Positions 25,044 to 34,121 of a stretch of 52,426 nt of DNA are shown here, one piece after another. This DNA is from a virus (taxonomy: Duplodnaviria > Caudoviricetes), in IMG/VR virus record IMGVR_UViG_3300030099_001111, positions 1-52,426 of that record; one strand, given 5' to 3'. The notes under the pieces are model-generated. The model was not told the DNA's origin, did no database searches, and worked only from the letters and a program-made list of their open reading frames with translations. Position numbers and translations under genes: made by a program. Each line of letters begins with the position of its first letter. The first letter of the stretch is position 1.

Positions 25044-26714
25044 ATGGAAAACACATTAAAATTTAAGAAGTATCACTTGCCTTGTCCGGCTTGTGGTAGT
25101 AGTGATGCTCTTTCGGTTAATGAGAATGGTTCAGCTAAGTGTTTTAGTTGTGATGAGTTTTTTCCGAAAGGAGTGGACAAGCCAACAGATATAATACATA
25201 GTAAAACTAATATGACAGAAACAGTTAGAGAACTAAATGCTCATGGTGGAGTCTTCGCTAAGTTAGCAGATAGAAATATCTCAAGAGAGACTGCGGAAAA
25301 GTATGGAGTTAAAACTGTTTATGATAGTGCCGGTCAAATAGCCCAACATATTTATCCTCTATATATCAACAACGAACTAACATCAAATAAGATTAGATAT
25401 GTTCGAGACAAAAAGTTTAGCTACGATGTCAGTCCTCAAGGGGTTGGCTTGTTTGGTCAACAACTATTCAAAGAAGGTGGGAAGTATTTAACCATAACTG
25501 AGGGTGAGTGTGATGCTATGTCGGCTTACGAATTATTAGGCAGTAAGTGGGCAGTAGTTTCTATTATCAGAGGAGCTTCCGGAGCAGTTAAAGATATTAA
25601 AGAGAACTTAGAATACATAGAAAGCTTTGATAATATTGTCATTTGTTTTGATAAAGATAGACAAGGCATTGAGTCAGCTAAGAAAGTTGCTAGTATTCTT
25701 AAACCCGGCAAGGCTAAGATAGTCACTCTACCTAATGGTTACAAAGATGCTAATGATATGCTTCTTAAAGGCAAATACAAAGAGTTTGTTAGTGCTTGGT
25801 GGGATGCTAAACTTTATACTCCTAGTGGTATCATTAGAGTATCAGAGAAGAAAGATGCTTTTTTAGATAGGGAAAAGAAAGAATCCGTGCCTTATCCTTG
25901 GGCGGGACTAAATGAAAAGCTTTATGGTATGCGACAGGGTGAGCTGGTAACTCTTACTGGGGGTACAGGACTTGGTAAATCAAGTGTAACTAGAGAGTTA
26001 GAACACTGGTTAGTGCAACAGACAAATGATAATGTAGGTATTATAGCCTTGGAAGAAGATTGGCGAAGAACAGTTGATGGTATACTTTCTATCGAAGCCA
26101 ATGCCCGATTATACATTGACCAAGAAAGAGAGAGGTTTGATGAGTCAACTTTGATGTCTATGTTTGATAAGGTTTTTAAAGATGACAAGGTATTTATACA
26201 TGCTCATTTTGGTACTAATCAAATAGATGATATTTTTGCTAAGCTTAGATACTTAATAGTTGGTTGTGATTGTCGTTGGGTGGTGGTAGACCACTTACAC
26301 ATGCTTGTCAGTGCCTTAGAAGAGGGTGACGAAAGACGAGCCATAGATAATATTATGACTAGACTTAGAAGTTTAGTTGAGGAGACAGGAGCTGGAGTGT
26401 TTTTAGTTTCACACCTGAGAAGGGTTGATGGCAACAAAGGACATGAGAATGGTATTGAAGTTTCTTTATCACACTTGAGAGGGTCTAATAGCATTGGACA
26501 ATTAAGTGATTGTGTGATAGCATTAGAAAGGAATCAACAGTCCGATGACCCAGAAGAGGCAAGGACTACTAGACTTAGAATCTTGAAGTCTAGATATACA
26601 GGGGATGTCGGTATGGCAACTGCTTTAATTTATGATAAAGAAACCGGAAGGTTATCAGAAACTTATGACACAGATTTTGACATACAAGATAATCAAACTT
26701 CAATAGCTTTTTAA
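25044..26714 (+). CDS. DNA primase-helicase, T7 gp4-like
   Basis: CPAC...CFSC zinc finger, TOPRIM ITEGECDA, Walker A GGTGLGKS, LRGS..IGQLSD; start revised to ATG 25044. Confidence 0.95.
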   Translation: MENTLKFKKYHLPCPACGSSDALSVNENGSAKCFSCDEFFPKGVDKPTDIIHSKTNMTETVRELNAHGGVFAKLADRNISRETAEKYGVKTVYDSAGQIAQHIYPLYINNELTSNKIRYVRDKKFSYDVSPQGVGLFGQQLFKEGGKYLTITEGECDAMSAYELLGSKWAVVSIIRGASGAVKDIKENLEYIESFDNIVICFDKDRQGIESAKKVASILKPGKAKIVTLPNGYKDANDMLLKGKYKEFVSAWWDAKLYTPSGIIRVSEKKDAFLDREKKESVPYPWAGLNEKLYGMRQGELVTLTGGTGLGKSSVTRELEHWLVQQTNDNVGIIALEEDWRRTVDGILSIEANARLYIDQERERFDESTLMSMFDKVFKDDKVFIHAHFGTNQIDDIFAKLRYLIVGCDCRWVVVDHLHMLVSALEEGDERRAIDNIMTRLRSLVEETGAGVFLVSHLRRVDGNKGHENGIEVSLSHLRGSNSIGQLSDCVIALERNQQSDDPEEARTTRLRILKSRYTGDVGMATALIYDKETGRLSETYDTDFDIQDNQTSIAF

Positions 26715-28498
26715 TGGAACTTGTCTTTGATATAGAAACAAATGGATTACTTTGGGCATCATCATTAAAAGATAAAGAAACAGGCGAGGTAATTAATTTA
26801 CCACCTGCTTCAACTATTTGGTGTATTGTTGCTGTTGATAGTTCAGACAAGATATATAGTTTTAAACCAGACAGAATTGACGAGGGCATTGAGTTTTTAA
26901 AGTCTGCTGATAATTTAGTTGGGCATAATATTTTAGGCTTTGATATTCCGGCTATAAATAGGATAAAGCAGGTAAACTTATGTGACCATGCTAATATTAT
27001 TGATACTTTGACCTTATCAAGATTATTACATCCTACTAGAGAAGGGGGACATAGCCTAGAAAAGTGGGGTTGGAAACTCAACTGCCCTAAGTCAACTGCA
27101 CCGGTTTTTACAGAATACAGTGATGAAATGTTAGATTATTGTATTCAAGATGTTAAATTAAATAAAAAAGTTTTAGAAAAACTTAGACAAGATAGTAAGG
27201 GTTTTTCTAAAGAGTCTGTTAGTTTAGAACACAATACCACCAACATATTAATAGAACAAGAACTAAATGGTTTTCTGTTTGATGAGAGAAGAGCAATAGA
27301 TTTATTAAGTTGTTTAAATCAAAGAAAAAAAGAAGTAGAAGATGAAGTTCATGCTACTTTTAAGCCTAAGTGGATTCCTGTTAAGGAAGTTATACCCAAG
27401 CTTAAAAAAGATGGCACTTTATCAAAATCTGGACTTACCTCCGTTGAGTATCAGGAAAGAGTTGAAACTAATGACACTACTCCTTTTATGAGAAAAGAAC
27501 TTAGAGAATTTAATCTCGGCTCTCGTCAACAGATTGGCGAGTATCTTATTGATTTTGGTTGGCAACCTAAAAGGTTTACCCCTACCGGACAACCAATAGT
27601 TGATGAAGGAACTTTAAGCAAGATTGCACATATTAAAGAAGCTCAGTTAATAGCTGAATATTTATTAATACAAAAAAGGGTTGGTCAAATAGAGTCTTGG
27701 ATAGATAATATTAAAGACGATGGTAGGGTGCATGGTGCTGTTATTTCTACTGGCACAATTACTGGTAGAATGTCGCATCGAAATCCTAACATGGCTCAAG
27801 TACCGGCAGTATACAGTCCTTATGGTAAAGAGTGTCGTGCTTGTTGGACAGTGCCAAAAGGTTATAAGTTAGTAGGTATAGATGCTTCAGGGCTAGAACT
27901 AAGGATGTTAGCTCACTATATGTCAGACGAGGAATATATAAATGAAATTATCAATGGAGACATTCACACAACTAATCAAGAGTTTGCTGGACTTAAATCA
28001 AGAGACGAGGCTAAAACTTTCATCTATGCACTTATATACGGAGCAGGAGATGAAAAAATTGGAAGCATCGTTGCAGGAAATAGAGCAGATGGTAAACAAC
28101 TGCGAGAACAGTTTCTTGCTAGTTTACCAGCACTTAAATCTCTTAAGACAAGAGTTGAAACAGCGGCTCAAAGAAATTTCCTCAAAGGATTAGACGGTAG
28201 AAAGATATTTTTAAGACACAAACATGCTGCTTTGAACTCTTTATTACAAGGAGGAGGAGCCATAGTAATGAAAAAAGCTTTAATTTTATTGCATAACAAA
28301 CTAAAAGAAGCTAAGATTAATTTTAAGTTTGTTGCAAACATTCACGATGAATGGCAACTTGAGGTCAAAGAAAGCCAAGCAGAACGAGCAGGACAATTAG
28401 CTGTTCAGAGTATTCAAGATGCCGGTGAGTACTTTAATATGCGATGTCCTCTCGATGGCGAATACAAAGTCGGAGACAACTGGAGTGAAACCCACTAA
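26714..28498 (+). CDS. Family A DNA polymerase, T7 gp5-like, with 3'-5' exonuclease
   Basis: FDIET exo I, DASGLELR motif A, RDEAKTFIY motif B (Tyr at the 762-equivalent site), NIHDE motif C. Confidence 0.95.
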   Translation: MELVFDIETNGLLWASSLKDKETGEVINLPPASTIWCIVAVDSSDKIYSFKPDRIDEGIEFLKSADNLVGHNILGFDIPAINRIKQVNLCDHANIIDTLTLSRLLHPTREGGHSLEKWGWKLNCPKSTAPVFTEYSDEMLDYCIQDVKLNKKVLEKLRQDSKGFSKESVSLEHNTTNILIEQELNGFLFDERRAIDLLSCLNQRKKEVEDEVHATFKPKWIPVKEVIPKLKKDGTLSKSGLTSVEYQERVETNDTTPFMRKELREFNLGSRQQIGEYLIDFGWQPKRFTPTGQPIVDEGTLSKIAHIKEAQLIAEYLLIQKRVGQIESWIDNIKDDGRVHGAVISTGTITGRMSHRNPNMAQVPAVYSPYGKECRACWTVPKGYKLVGIDASGLELRMLAHYMSDEEYINEIINGDIHTTNQEFAGLKSRDEAKTFIYALIYGAGDEKIGSIVAGNRADGKQLREQFLASLPALKSLKTRVETAAQRNFLKGLDGRKIFLRHKHAALNSLLQGGGAIVMKKALILLHNKLKEAKINFKFVANIHDEWQLEVKESQAERAGQLAVQSIQDAGEYFNMRCPLDGEYKVGDNWSETH

Positions 28499-28913
28499 AA
28501 AAGACCGAAAGAAATTTGATATTGACCTTGAATATGGCAGTATCAGAGAAGATAAAGTAGCTGAGATGCTTTTCAATAAAAAGATTGAAGTTAAATCTGA
28601 GAGAGGCATGTGGATGAAAACAGGAAATATAGCTATTGAGTATGAAAGCTATGGTAAGCCCTCTGGTATAAAAGCTACTGAATCAGATTACTGGTTTCAT
28701 AATCTCTGTGTTGGAGATAAAGAGTTCTGTACTTTAGTTTTCAGCACTGAAGTCCTTAAATCTATCGTTGAAAAGTTAGATTACTTTAAAACAGTTTGTG
28801 GTGGCGACCATAATGCTAGTAGGATGTATTTAATAAATCTTCAAAAACTATTTTCATCTGATGTTATTAAAGCTTTCAAGAAAGAAATAGAAAAAAATGA
28901 CAAACAAAAATAA
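28485..28913 (+). CDS. PD-(D/E)XK-like endonuclease
   Basis: FDIDL..G..RE...IEVKSER...TGNIAIE...PSGI.AT.SDYW; start revised to GTG 28485. Confidence 0.65.
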   Translation: MKPTKKDRKKFDIDLEYGSIREDKVAEMLFNKKIEVKSERGMWMKTGNIAIEYESYGKPSGIKATESDYWFHNLCVGDKEFCTLVFSTEVLKSIVEKLDYFKTVCGGDHNASRMYLINLQKLFSSDVIKAFKKEIEKNDKQK

Positions 28914-29709
28914 AGATATAGTGGACACTTCTAAATCTGAAGTGTATAATATTAATAAGTTCACATCGGAAGCCGGACACTGGTATGACAGAGAAGGCTT
29001 ACCTGCCTACACCATAGTAGGAGCAAACGGTAAAGAACGAAACACTACCCTCAGAGATGCTAAGAAAGAAGGACTAGTTCCTTCTGTTACTACTATTTTA
29101 AATCTAGTAGCAAAACCATCACTAGAAAACTGGAAGATAAACAAAGCTTTAGAAGCTTCTGTTGCTTTAAAGAAAACAGAAGAAGAGTCAGTAGAAGAGT
29201 TTATTTACAGATGTAAAACTGCTCAGAGAGAGATAGGGCAAACTGCCGCTAGTCAAGGTACTAAAATACATGCTCTCATTGAAAAAGGTTTTGAGGGTAA
29301 ATCTAAAAACAAATCTTATTTTGCTGTTAAAGCATTTTTAGACCAGCACTTTCCTAATGAAAAATGGATTGCTGAGGATTCTTTTTGTTCTGAAAAAGGC
29401 TATGGAGGTAAAATAGATTTATATTCTAAGTCTGGTATTTTTGTAGACTTTAAAACAAAAGATAATTTAGTAGATAAGGAACCTGCTAAATTAGTCTATG
29501 ATGAACATGGTATGCAATTATCTGCTTATGCTGAAGGCTGTGGGTTTTCTAAACCTGAAAGGGTTTCAATCTTCGTAGATAGACAACAAACTGATTTGGT
29601 TTTAGGTCATATCTGGGATAAAGAATCTCATATCAAGCATATTAAAATGTTTGAAAGCTTACTAACTTATTGGAAATTAGTAAAAAACTATGACTCTGCT
29701 GTATTATGA
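28897..29709 (+). CDS. PD-(D/E)XK exonuclease
   Basis: PSVTTIL, GTKIH, YGGKIDL, VDFKT, QLSAY motifs. Confidence 0.8.
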   Translation: MTNKNKDIVDTSKSEVYNINKFTSEAGHWYDREGLPAYTIVGANGKERNTTLRDAKKEGLVPSVTTILNLVAKPSLENWKINKALEASVALKKTEEESVEEFIYRCKTAQREIGQTAASQGTKIHALIEKGFEGKSKNKSYFAVKAFLDQHFPNEKWIAEDSFCSEKGYGGKIDLYSKSGIFVDFKTKDNLVDKEPAKLVYDEHGMQLSAYAEGCGFSKPERVSIFVDRQQTDLVLGHIWDKESHIKHIKMFESLLTYWKLVKNYDSAVL

Positions 29710-29954
29710 ATGGTAAGAAAGCAAAAAGATTAAGACGAAGAAGTAAAGAATTGTTAATAGAGTGGTTGAAAACTATGGTGCCTGAAGGTGAAGATAGTGA
29801 AAAAATAACTGTCAACAACTTGAACAATTTTTTACCGACACAAACACATGTGTATGCTAATAATAAAATGATGGTTAGTGCTTATTCTTTACGTTGGTTT
29901 TACAAGCAGGTCAAGAAAAATCCAGATATAACTTTAAAAGATATACTAAAATGA
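29706..29954 (+). CDS. Hypothetical protein (MNGKKAKRLRR type)
   Basis: ATGA coupling; recurrent phage N-terminus. Confidence 0.7.
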   Translation: MNGKKAKRLRRRSKELLIEWLKTMVPEGEDSEKITVNNLNNFLPTQTHVYANNKMMVSAYSLRWFYKQVKKNPDITLKDILK

Positions 29955-30241
29955 ATATAAAATATAAACTTAACGAAGATAAACTAATAAAAGAAATAAA
30001 AGATTATGTTGATTCTACTTATAGACAACACTATTCGGCTGGTAAGTATCAAGCAGCAGATGTAATTATAGAGTCCGGACATGGTGAGGGTTTTTGTATT
30101 GGTAATATAATTAAGTATGCTATGAGATATGGTAAAAAAGGAGGTAGAAACAGAGAAGACCTTTTAAAGATTATTCACTACGGTATAATCATGTTATATG
30201 TCCATGACAGACTAAAGAAATTTTTTGCTACAGGAGAATGA
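29951..30241 (+). CDS. DUF3310 protein (T7 gp1.7 nucleotide kinase-like)
   Basis: HY...GFCIGNIIKYAMRYGKK...DLLKIIHY; start revised to ATG 29951. Confidence 0.8.
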   Translation: MNIKYKLNEDKLIKEIKDYVDSTYRQHYSAGKYQAADVIIESGHGEGFCIGNIIKYAMRYGKKGGRNREDLLKIIHYGIIMLYVHDRLKKFFATGE

Positions 30242-32130
30242 TGGAAGATAAAGTAGGAGCAAAAGAATATCTAGGCATCAAGATTAATTATGATAATGAA
30301 AAGCTTTTAGATAAATTTAGTTTAGATACTCTAAAAGATAGATATTTTACAGGAGAAGAAACACATGCCCAAGAAGCATTCGCAAGAGCCTCCGTCTTCG
30401 GAGCAACATTCAAAGGAGTTACGGATTTTAAACTGGCTCAACGACTGTACAACTACAGTTCCCGTTGTTGGTTCATGTTTAGCACTCCTATACTTAGTAA
30501 CGGGGGAACAAGTCGTGGGCTACCTATTAGTTGTTTCCTTAATTATGTTCCTGACAGCCGAATTGGTTTGTCATCTCATTATGATGAGAATATATGGTTG
30601 GCTAGTTCAGGCGGAGGTATTGGTGGATATTGGGGAGATGTGCGTAGTAACGGTGTATCTACTGCTCACGGTAGTAAGTCTACTGGTTCAATCCCCTTCA
30701 TGCATGTTGTAGATTCACAGATGTTAGCCTTTAATCAAGGTGTAACAAGAAGAGGTAGTTATGCTGCTTACATGAATATTTGGCACCCAGAGATTGAAGA
30801 GTTTATTAATATGAGGAAAGAGTCAGGTGGTGATATTAATAGAAAGTGCTTGAACTTACACAATGGAGTCAATATTAATAATGAATTTTTACGAGCTATT
30901 GAAAACGATGAAGAATGGCGATTGATTGACCCTAAATCAAACGAAGCTGTCAAAACTATTAATGCAAGGGATTTATGGTGGCAATTATTAAATGCTCGAG
31001 CAGAAACTGGAGAGCCTTACATAGTCAACTTAGATACTTGTAATGAAGCTTTACCACAAAAACAAAAAGATTTGGGTTTAGAGATTAAACAAAGTAACTT
31101 ATGCTCTGAAATTACTCTACCTACTGATGAAGAAAGAACAGCTGTTTGTTGTTTGTCTTCGGTAAACTTAGAACATTTTGATAAGTGGTCTAAAAAGAAA
31201 AACTTTATTAATGATTTAGTTACTATGCTAGACAATGTACTGCAACACTTTATAGATAATGCAGTAGATACTACACAGCTAGGAGAATACAATGCTAATT
31301 TTAAAAGATTTAAAAAATATATACGAGCAGGTAAAGAGGGTTTTACGAGAGCAGCTTATTCAGCTTACAGAGAAAGGTCGATTGGCTTGGGAGCAATGGG
31401 TTTCCATGCTTACTTACAATCTAAACAAATACCTTTTGAAAGCATCTTTGCTTCTGGCTTCAACCATAAAGCATTTAGCCACATCAAAGCAAAAGCTTTC
31501 GAGGCTTCTCAAAGACTTGCTGATACAAGGGGAGAAGCTCCTGATATCTCTGGTAGTGGGGTTCGGAATGCTCATCTTCTTGCTGTTGCTCCTAATGCTT
31601 CTTCTAGTATTATATGTGGCGGGACTTCTCCTTCGATTGAGCCTTACAGGGCTAACGTTTATACACACAAAACTCTTTCGGGGAGCTACCAAGTAAAGAA
31701 TAAGTATTTAGAAAAACTTCTTAGGTCTAAAGGTTTAAAAGGACAAGAGTTAATAGAGACTTGGAAAGACATTGCTGGACATGATGGTTCGGTACAACAC
31801 TTAAAATTTTTAACAGCAGAAGAAAAAGAGTTATTTAAAACTGCTAATGAAATAAATCAGATATGGTTAGTTGAACATGCTTACAAACGACAAGAGTTTA
31901 TTTGTCAATCTCAATCAGTAAATTTATTTTTTGTCTTACCTAAAGCCACTGAGTCTCAAGAAGTACATGATGATTACATGCAGTATGTTAATGATGTGCA
32001 TTGGTATGGTGCTTGTAAGTTAAAATCTTTGTATTATTTTAGGTCGAATGCTGCAAGGAATGCAGAGAATGTTAATATTAAAATACCTCGTATTAAACTA
32101 GACGAGGGTTGTATAGCTTGTGAGGGATAG
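30238..32130 (+). CDS. nrdA: Ribonucleotide reductase class I alpha subunit, no apparent ATP cone
   Basis: PISCFL, QSNLCSEI, AVAPNASSS, KSLYY, C-terminal CIACEG. Confidence 0.95.
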   Translation: MMEDKVGAKEYLGIKINYDNEKLLDKFSLDTLKDRYFTGEETHAQEAFARASVFGATFKGVTDFKLAQRLYNYSSRCWFMFSTPILSNGGTSRGLPISCFLNYVPDSRIGLSSHYDENIWLASSGGGIGGYWGDVRSNGVSTAHGSKSTGSIPFMHVVDSQMLAFNQGVTRRGSYAAYMNIWHPEIEEFINMRKESGGDINRKCLNLHNGVNINNEFLRAIENDEEWRLIDPKSNEAVKTINARDLWWQLLNARAETGEPYIVNLDTCNEALPQKQKDLGLEIKQSNLCSEITLPTDEERTAVCCLSSVNLEHFDKWSKKKNFINDLVTMLDNVLQHFIDNAVDTTQLGEYNANFKRFKKYIRAGKEGFTRAAYSAYRERSIGLGAMGFHAYLQSKQIPFESIFASGFNHKAFSHIKAKAFEASQRLADTRGEAPDISGSGVRNAHLLAVAPNASSSIICGGTSPSIEPYRANVYTHKTLSGSYQVKNKYLEKLLRSKGLKGQELIETWKDIAGHDGSVQHLKFLTAEEKELFKTANEINQIWLVEHAYKRQEFICQSQSVNLFFVLPKATESQEVHDDYMQYVNDVHWYGACKLKSLYYFRSNAARNAENVNIKIPRIKLDEGCIACEG

Positions 32131-32285
32131 TGCCGAAGAAATCAAAGAGTCAGTTTTCTACCGCACATAAACCAGTTGCAGGAGTAAACGGTAAAAAAAC
32201 TTCGCAAGGGCAAGGTAACTTAGCAACATCTACGATGAACAAACATAAAAGAAGAAGCTTTAAAAAATATAGAGGACAAGGATGA
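32130..32285 (+). CDS. Small basic protein ending KKYRGQG (51 aa)
   Basis: GTG start; KKTSQGQG...STMNKHKRRSFKKYRGQG motif recurrent in marine phages. Confidence 0.65.
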   Translation: MPKKSKSQFSTAHKPVAGVNGKKTSQGQGNLATSTMNKHKRRSFKKYRGQG

Positions 32286-32602
32286 AAAAAAAATTATTAG
32301 AAACAATATATTGGATAGACAGTTGTTGGAAATTAGTTATGGACAATAGATATAATCCTCTTAAGTATATACCAGACCCATCTATACAGGCTTACTTTAC
32401 TTTAGTTTTGTTTACAGTTTGGAGTTTCTTTTTTGGTTTACTTGCTACTTACTACATGGGTTGGTATGGTTATAACTCTGTTGTCTCTTTTGCAGTGCAT
32501 TGTAGTGTTATTATACCTTTACTTTTCACTAGAGCAGTATTCTTAGATGCTGAACGAGATGGTGCTAAATGGTTAAAAAAAATTAAAAGGAGTAAAAAAT
32601 AA
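32282..32602 (+). CDS. Two-TM membrane protein (NPLKYIPD type)
   Basis: Two hydrophobic helices after MDNRYNPLKYIPD. Confidence 0.7.
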   Translation: MKKKLLETIYWIDSCWKLVMDNRYNPLKYIPDPSIQAYFTLVLFTVWSFFFGLLATYYMGWYGYNSVVSFAVHCSVIIPLLFTRAVFLDAERDGAKWLKKIKRSKK

Positions 32603-32603
32603 A

Positions 32604-32822
32604 ATGTTTACTAATGAATTATTTGAAGCTTTGTATGAAAAATACTCAGCACAACAAAAAATAGCTAAAACTAATTTAAGGTTGTATATTACTAATCCAG
32701 TTGCAGTAGCCGACCACCCTGATATGGTGGCTACTTTTGATAAGCTGTTTAAAAAATATGTAGAAGCAACTGAAAATATTAAAAGATTAAGGGAGTTAGA
32801 TTATGAGTTTACTAGCAAATAG
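32604..32822 (+). CDS. Small helical phage protein (NPVxxxxHPD type)
   Basis: AAGGAG RBS; NPVAVADHPD motif. Confidence 0.7.
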   Translation: MFTNELFEALYEKYSAQQKIAKTNLRLYITNPVAVADHPDMVATFDKLFKKYVEATENIKRLRELDYEFTSK

Positions 32823-33786
32823 AGAATATTATAAACCTTTTGATGATGCATGGATGTTTGATTACTATGTCCTGCAAAATCAAATGCATTGGATGCCGGA
32901 GTCTGTGCCACTACATACAGATGTTAAGGATTGGCAAGACCTTTCGGATGTTGAAAAGAATTTACTAACACAAATATTTAGATTGTTTACTCAATCAGAT
33001 GTTGATGTTGGTGCTGGTTATATAGACAGATATATGAGAATATTTAAAAAACCAGAGGCTCGTATGATGATGGGTTCGTTTGCTAATATGGAATCTATTC
33101 ATCAACATGCTTACAGTTTATTACTTGATACTGTTGGTATGCCTGATAATGAGTATAAAGCTTTTGCTGAGTATGAAGAGATGTCCGACAAACATGAATA
33201 TATCAATGATATTAAGACTACTAGACAAGATAAAAGAAGTATAGCTAAAACTTTAGCAGTCTACTCAGCCTTTACTGAAGGACTACAGTTGTTCTCAAGT
33301 TTTGCAATCTTATTAAACTTTCCAAGGTTCGGCAAGATGAAAGGCATGGGACAGATAGTTACTTACTCTATTCGTGATGAGTCCATGCATGTCGAAGCTA
33401 TGACTAAACTGTTTAGACAATTCATTCAAGAGAACATAGATATTTGGACAGATGAATTTAAAAAAGAGATATACGATATCTGTAGACAAATGGTTGAACT
33501 AGAAGATAAATTTTTAGATTTAGTTTTTGAAATGGGTAATATTCAAGGCTTAACTAAAGAAGATATGTACAAGTACAATCGTTATATTGCTGATAGAAGA
33601 CTTTTACAACTAGGTCTTAAACCTAATTACAATCAAAAAGAAAATCCTCTTACTTGGCTAGATGAAGTTATGGGTGTTGAACATCAAAACTTTTTTGAAG
33701 GTAGGGCTACTACTTACATGAAGGCAGGTTTAAGAGGTAGACAAGATAAAGTTACTTTTAGTAACTTAGAAAATATAAATGAATAA
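32803..33786 (+). CDS. nrdB: Ribonucleotide reductase class Ia beta subunit
   Basis: WMPE, FTQSDVDV, ESIHQHAY (radical Tyr), EGLQLFSSF, RDESMH, NFFE. Confidence 0.95.
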   Translation: MSLLANREYYKPFDDAWMFDYYVLQNQMHWMPESVPLHTDVKDWQDLSDVEKNLLTQIFRLFTQSDVDVGAGYIDRYMRIFKKPEARMMMGSFANMESIHQHAYSLLLDTVGMPDNEYKAFAEYEEMSDKHEYINDIKTTRQDKRSIAKTLAVYSAFTEGLQLFSSFAILLNFPRFGKMKGMGQIVTYSIRDESMHVEAMTKLFRQFIQENIDIWTDEFKKEIYDICRQMVELEDKFLDLVFEMGNIQGLTKEDMYKYNRYIADRRLLQLGLKPNYNQKENPLTWLDEVMGVEHQNFFEGRATTYMKAGLRGRQDKVTFSNLENINE

Positions 33787-33997
33787 TAAAGAAGCAAACT
33801 TAATTAGCTTTAAAGTTTTATTAACTAGAGAAAATAAAATTGTAACAGAGCTTAGCATGTTACCAGAAAATAAAATCGATACTGTGTTTCCTCTCCATGA
33901 AAGAGAGATGATTAAAAGTATTGTTAGAAATGGTAAAGTTAAACTCGAACCACTACATAAGTTTCTAGAAAAAGAAGTTAATGCACTAAAAAACTAA
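33779..33997 (+). CDS. Hypothetical protein
   Basis: Last gene of the + strand operon. Confidence 0.65.
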   Translation: MNNKEANLISFKVLLTRENKIVTELSMLPENKIDTVFPLHEREMIKSIVRNGKVKLEPLHKFLEKEVNALKN

Positions 33998-34013
33998 ATC
34001 TGTGAAAAAATGA

Positions 34014-34114
34014 CCTCACAGAATCGCTTGTATTGAACGTAAAGCATTCAAGTAATACTATATGTCCAAAAACTAACAAAATTGCTTAGAAGCGATATCT
34101 GAGGCTCTCAGAGC
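34014..34114. other. Imperfect inverted repeat at the convergence of the two transcription units
   Basis: CCTCACAGAATCGCTT (34014) and AAGCGATATCTGAGG (34090), plus a GCTCT-C-AGAGC inverted repeat. Confidence 0.45.
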
Positions 34115-34121
34115 ATTTAGC

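Noticed and set aside
25526-31696. Alternate-frame and antisense ORFs inside primase, polymerase and nrdA (25526, 25922, 26219, 26590, 27942, 28397, 29642, 30365, 30768, 31017, 31292, 31414)
   Set aside because: Nested in or overlapping well-supported genes, with no recognisable motif.
26714-33786. Inteins, introns or a DnaJ-like insertion in polymerase or RNR
   Set aside because: Proteins are of compact length with contiguous motifs; no CxxCxGxG repeats or intein termini are seen.
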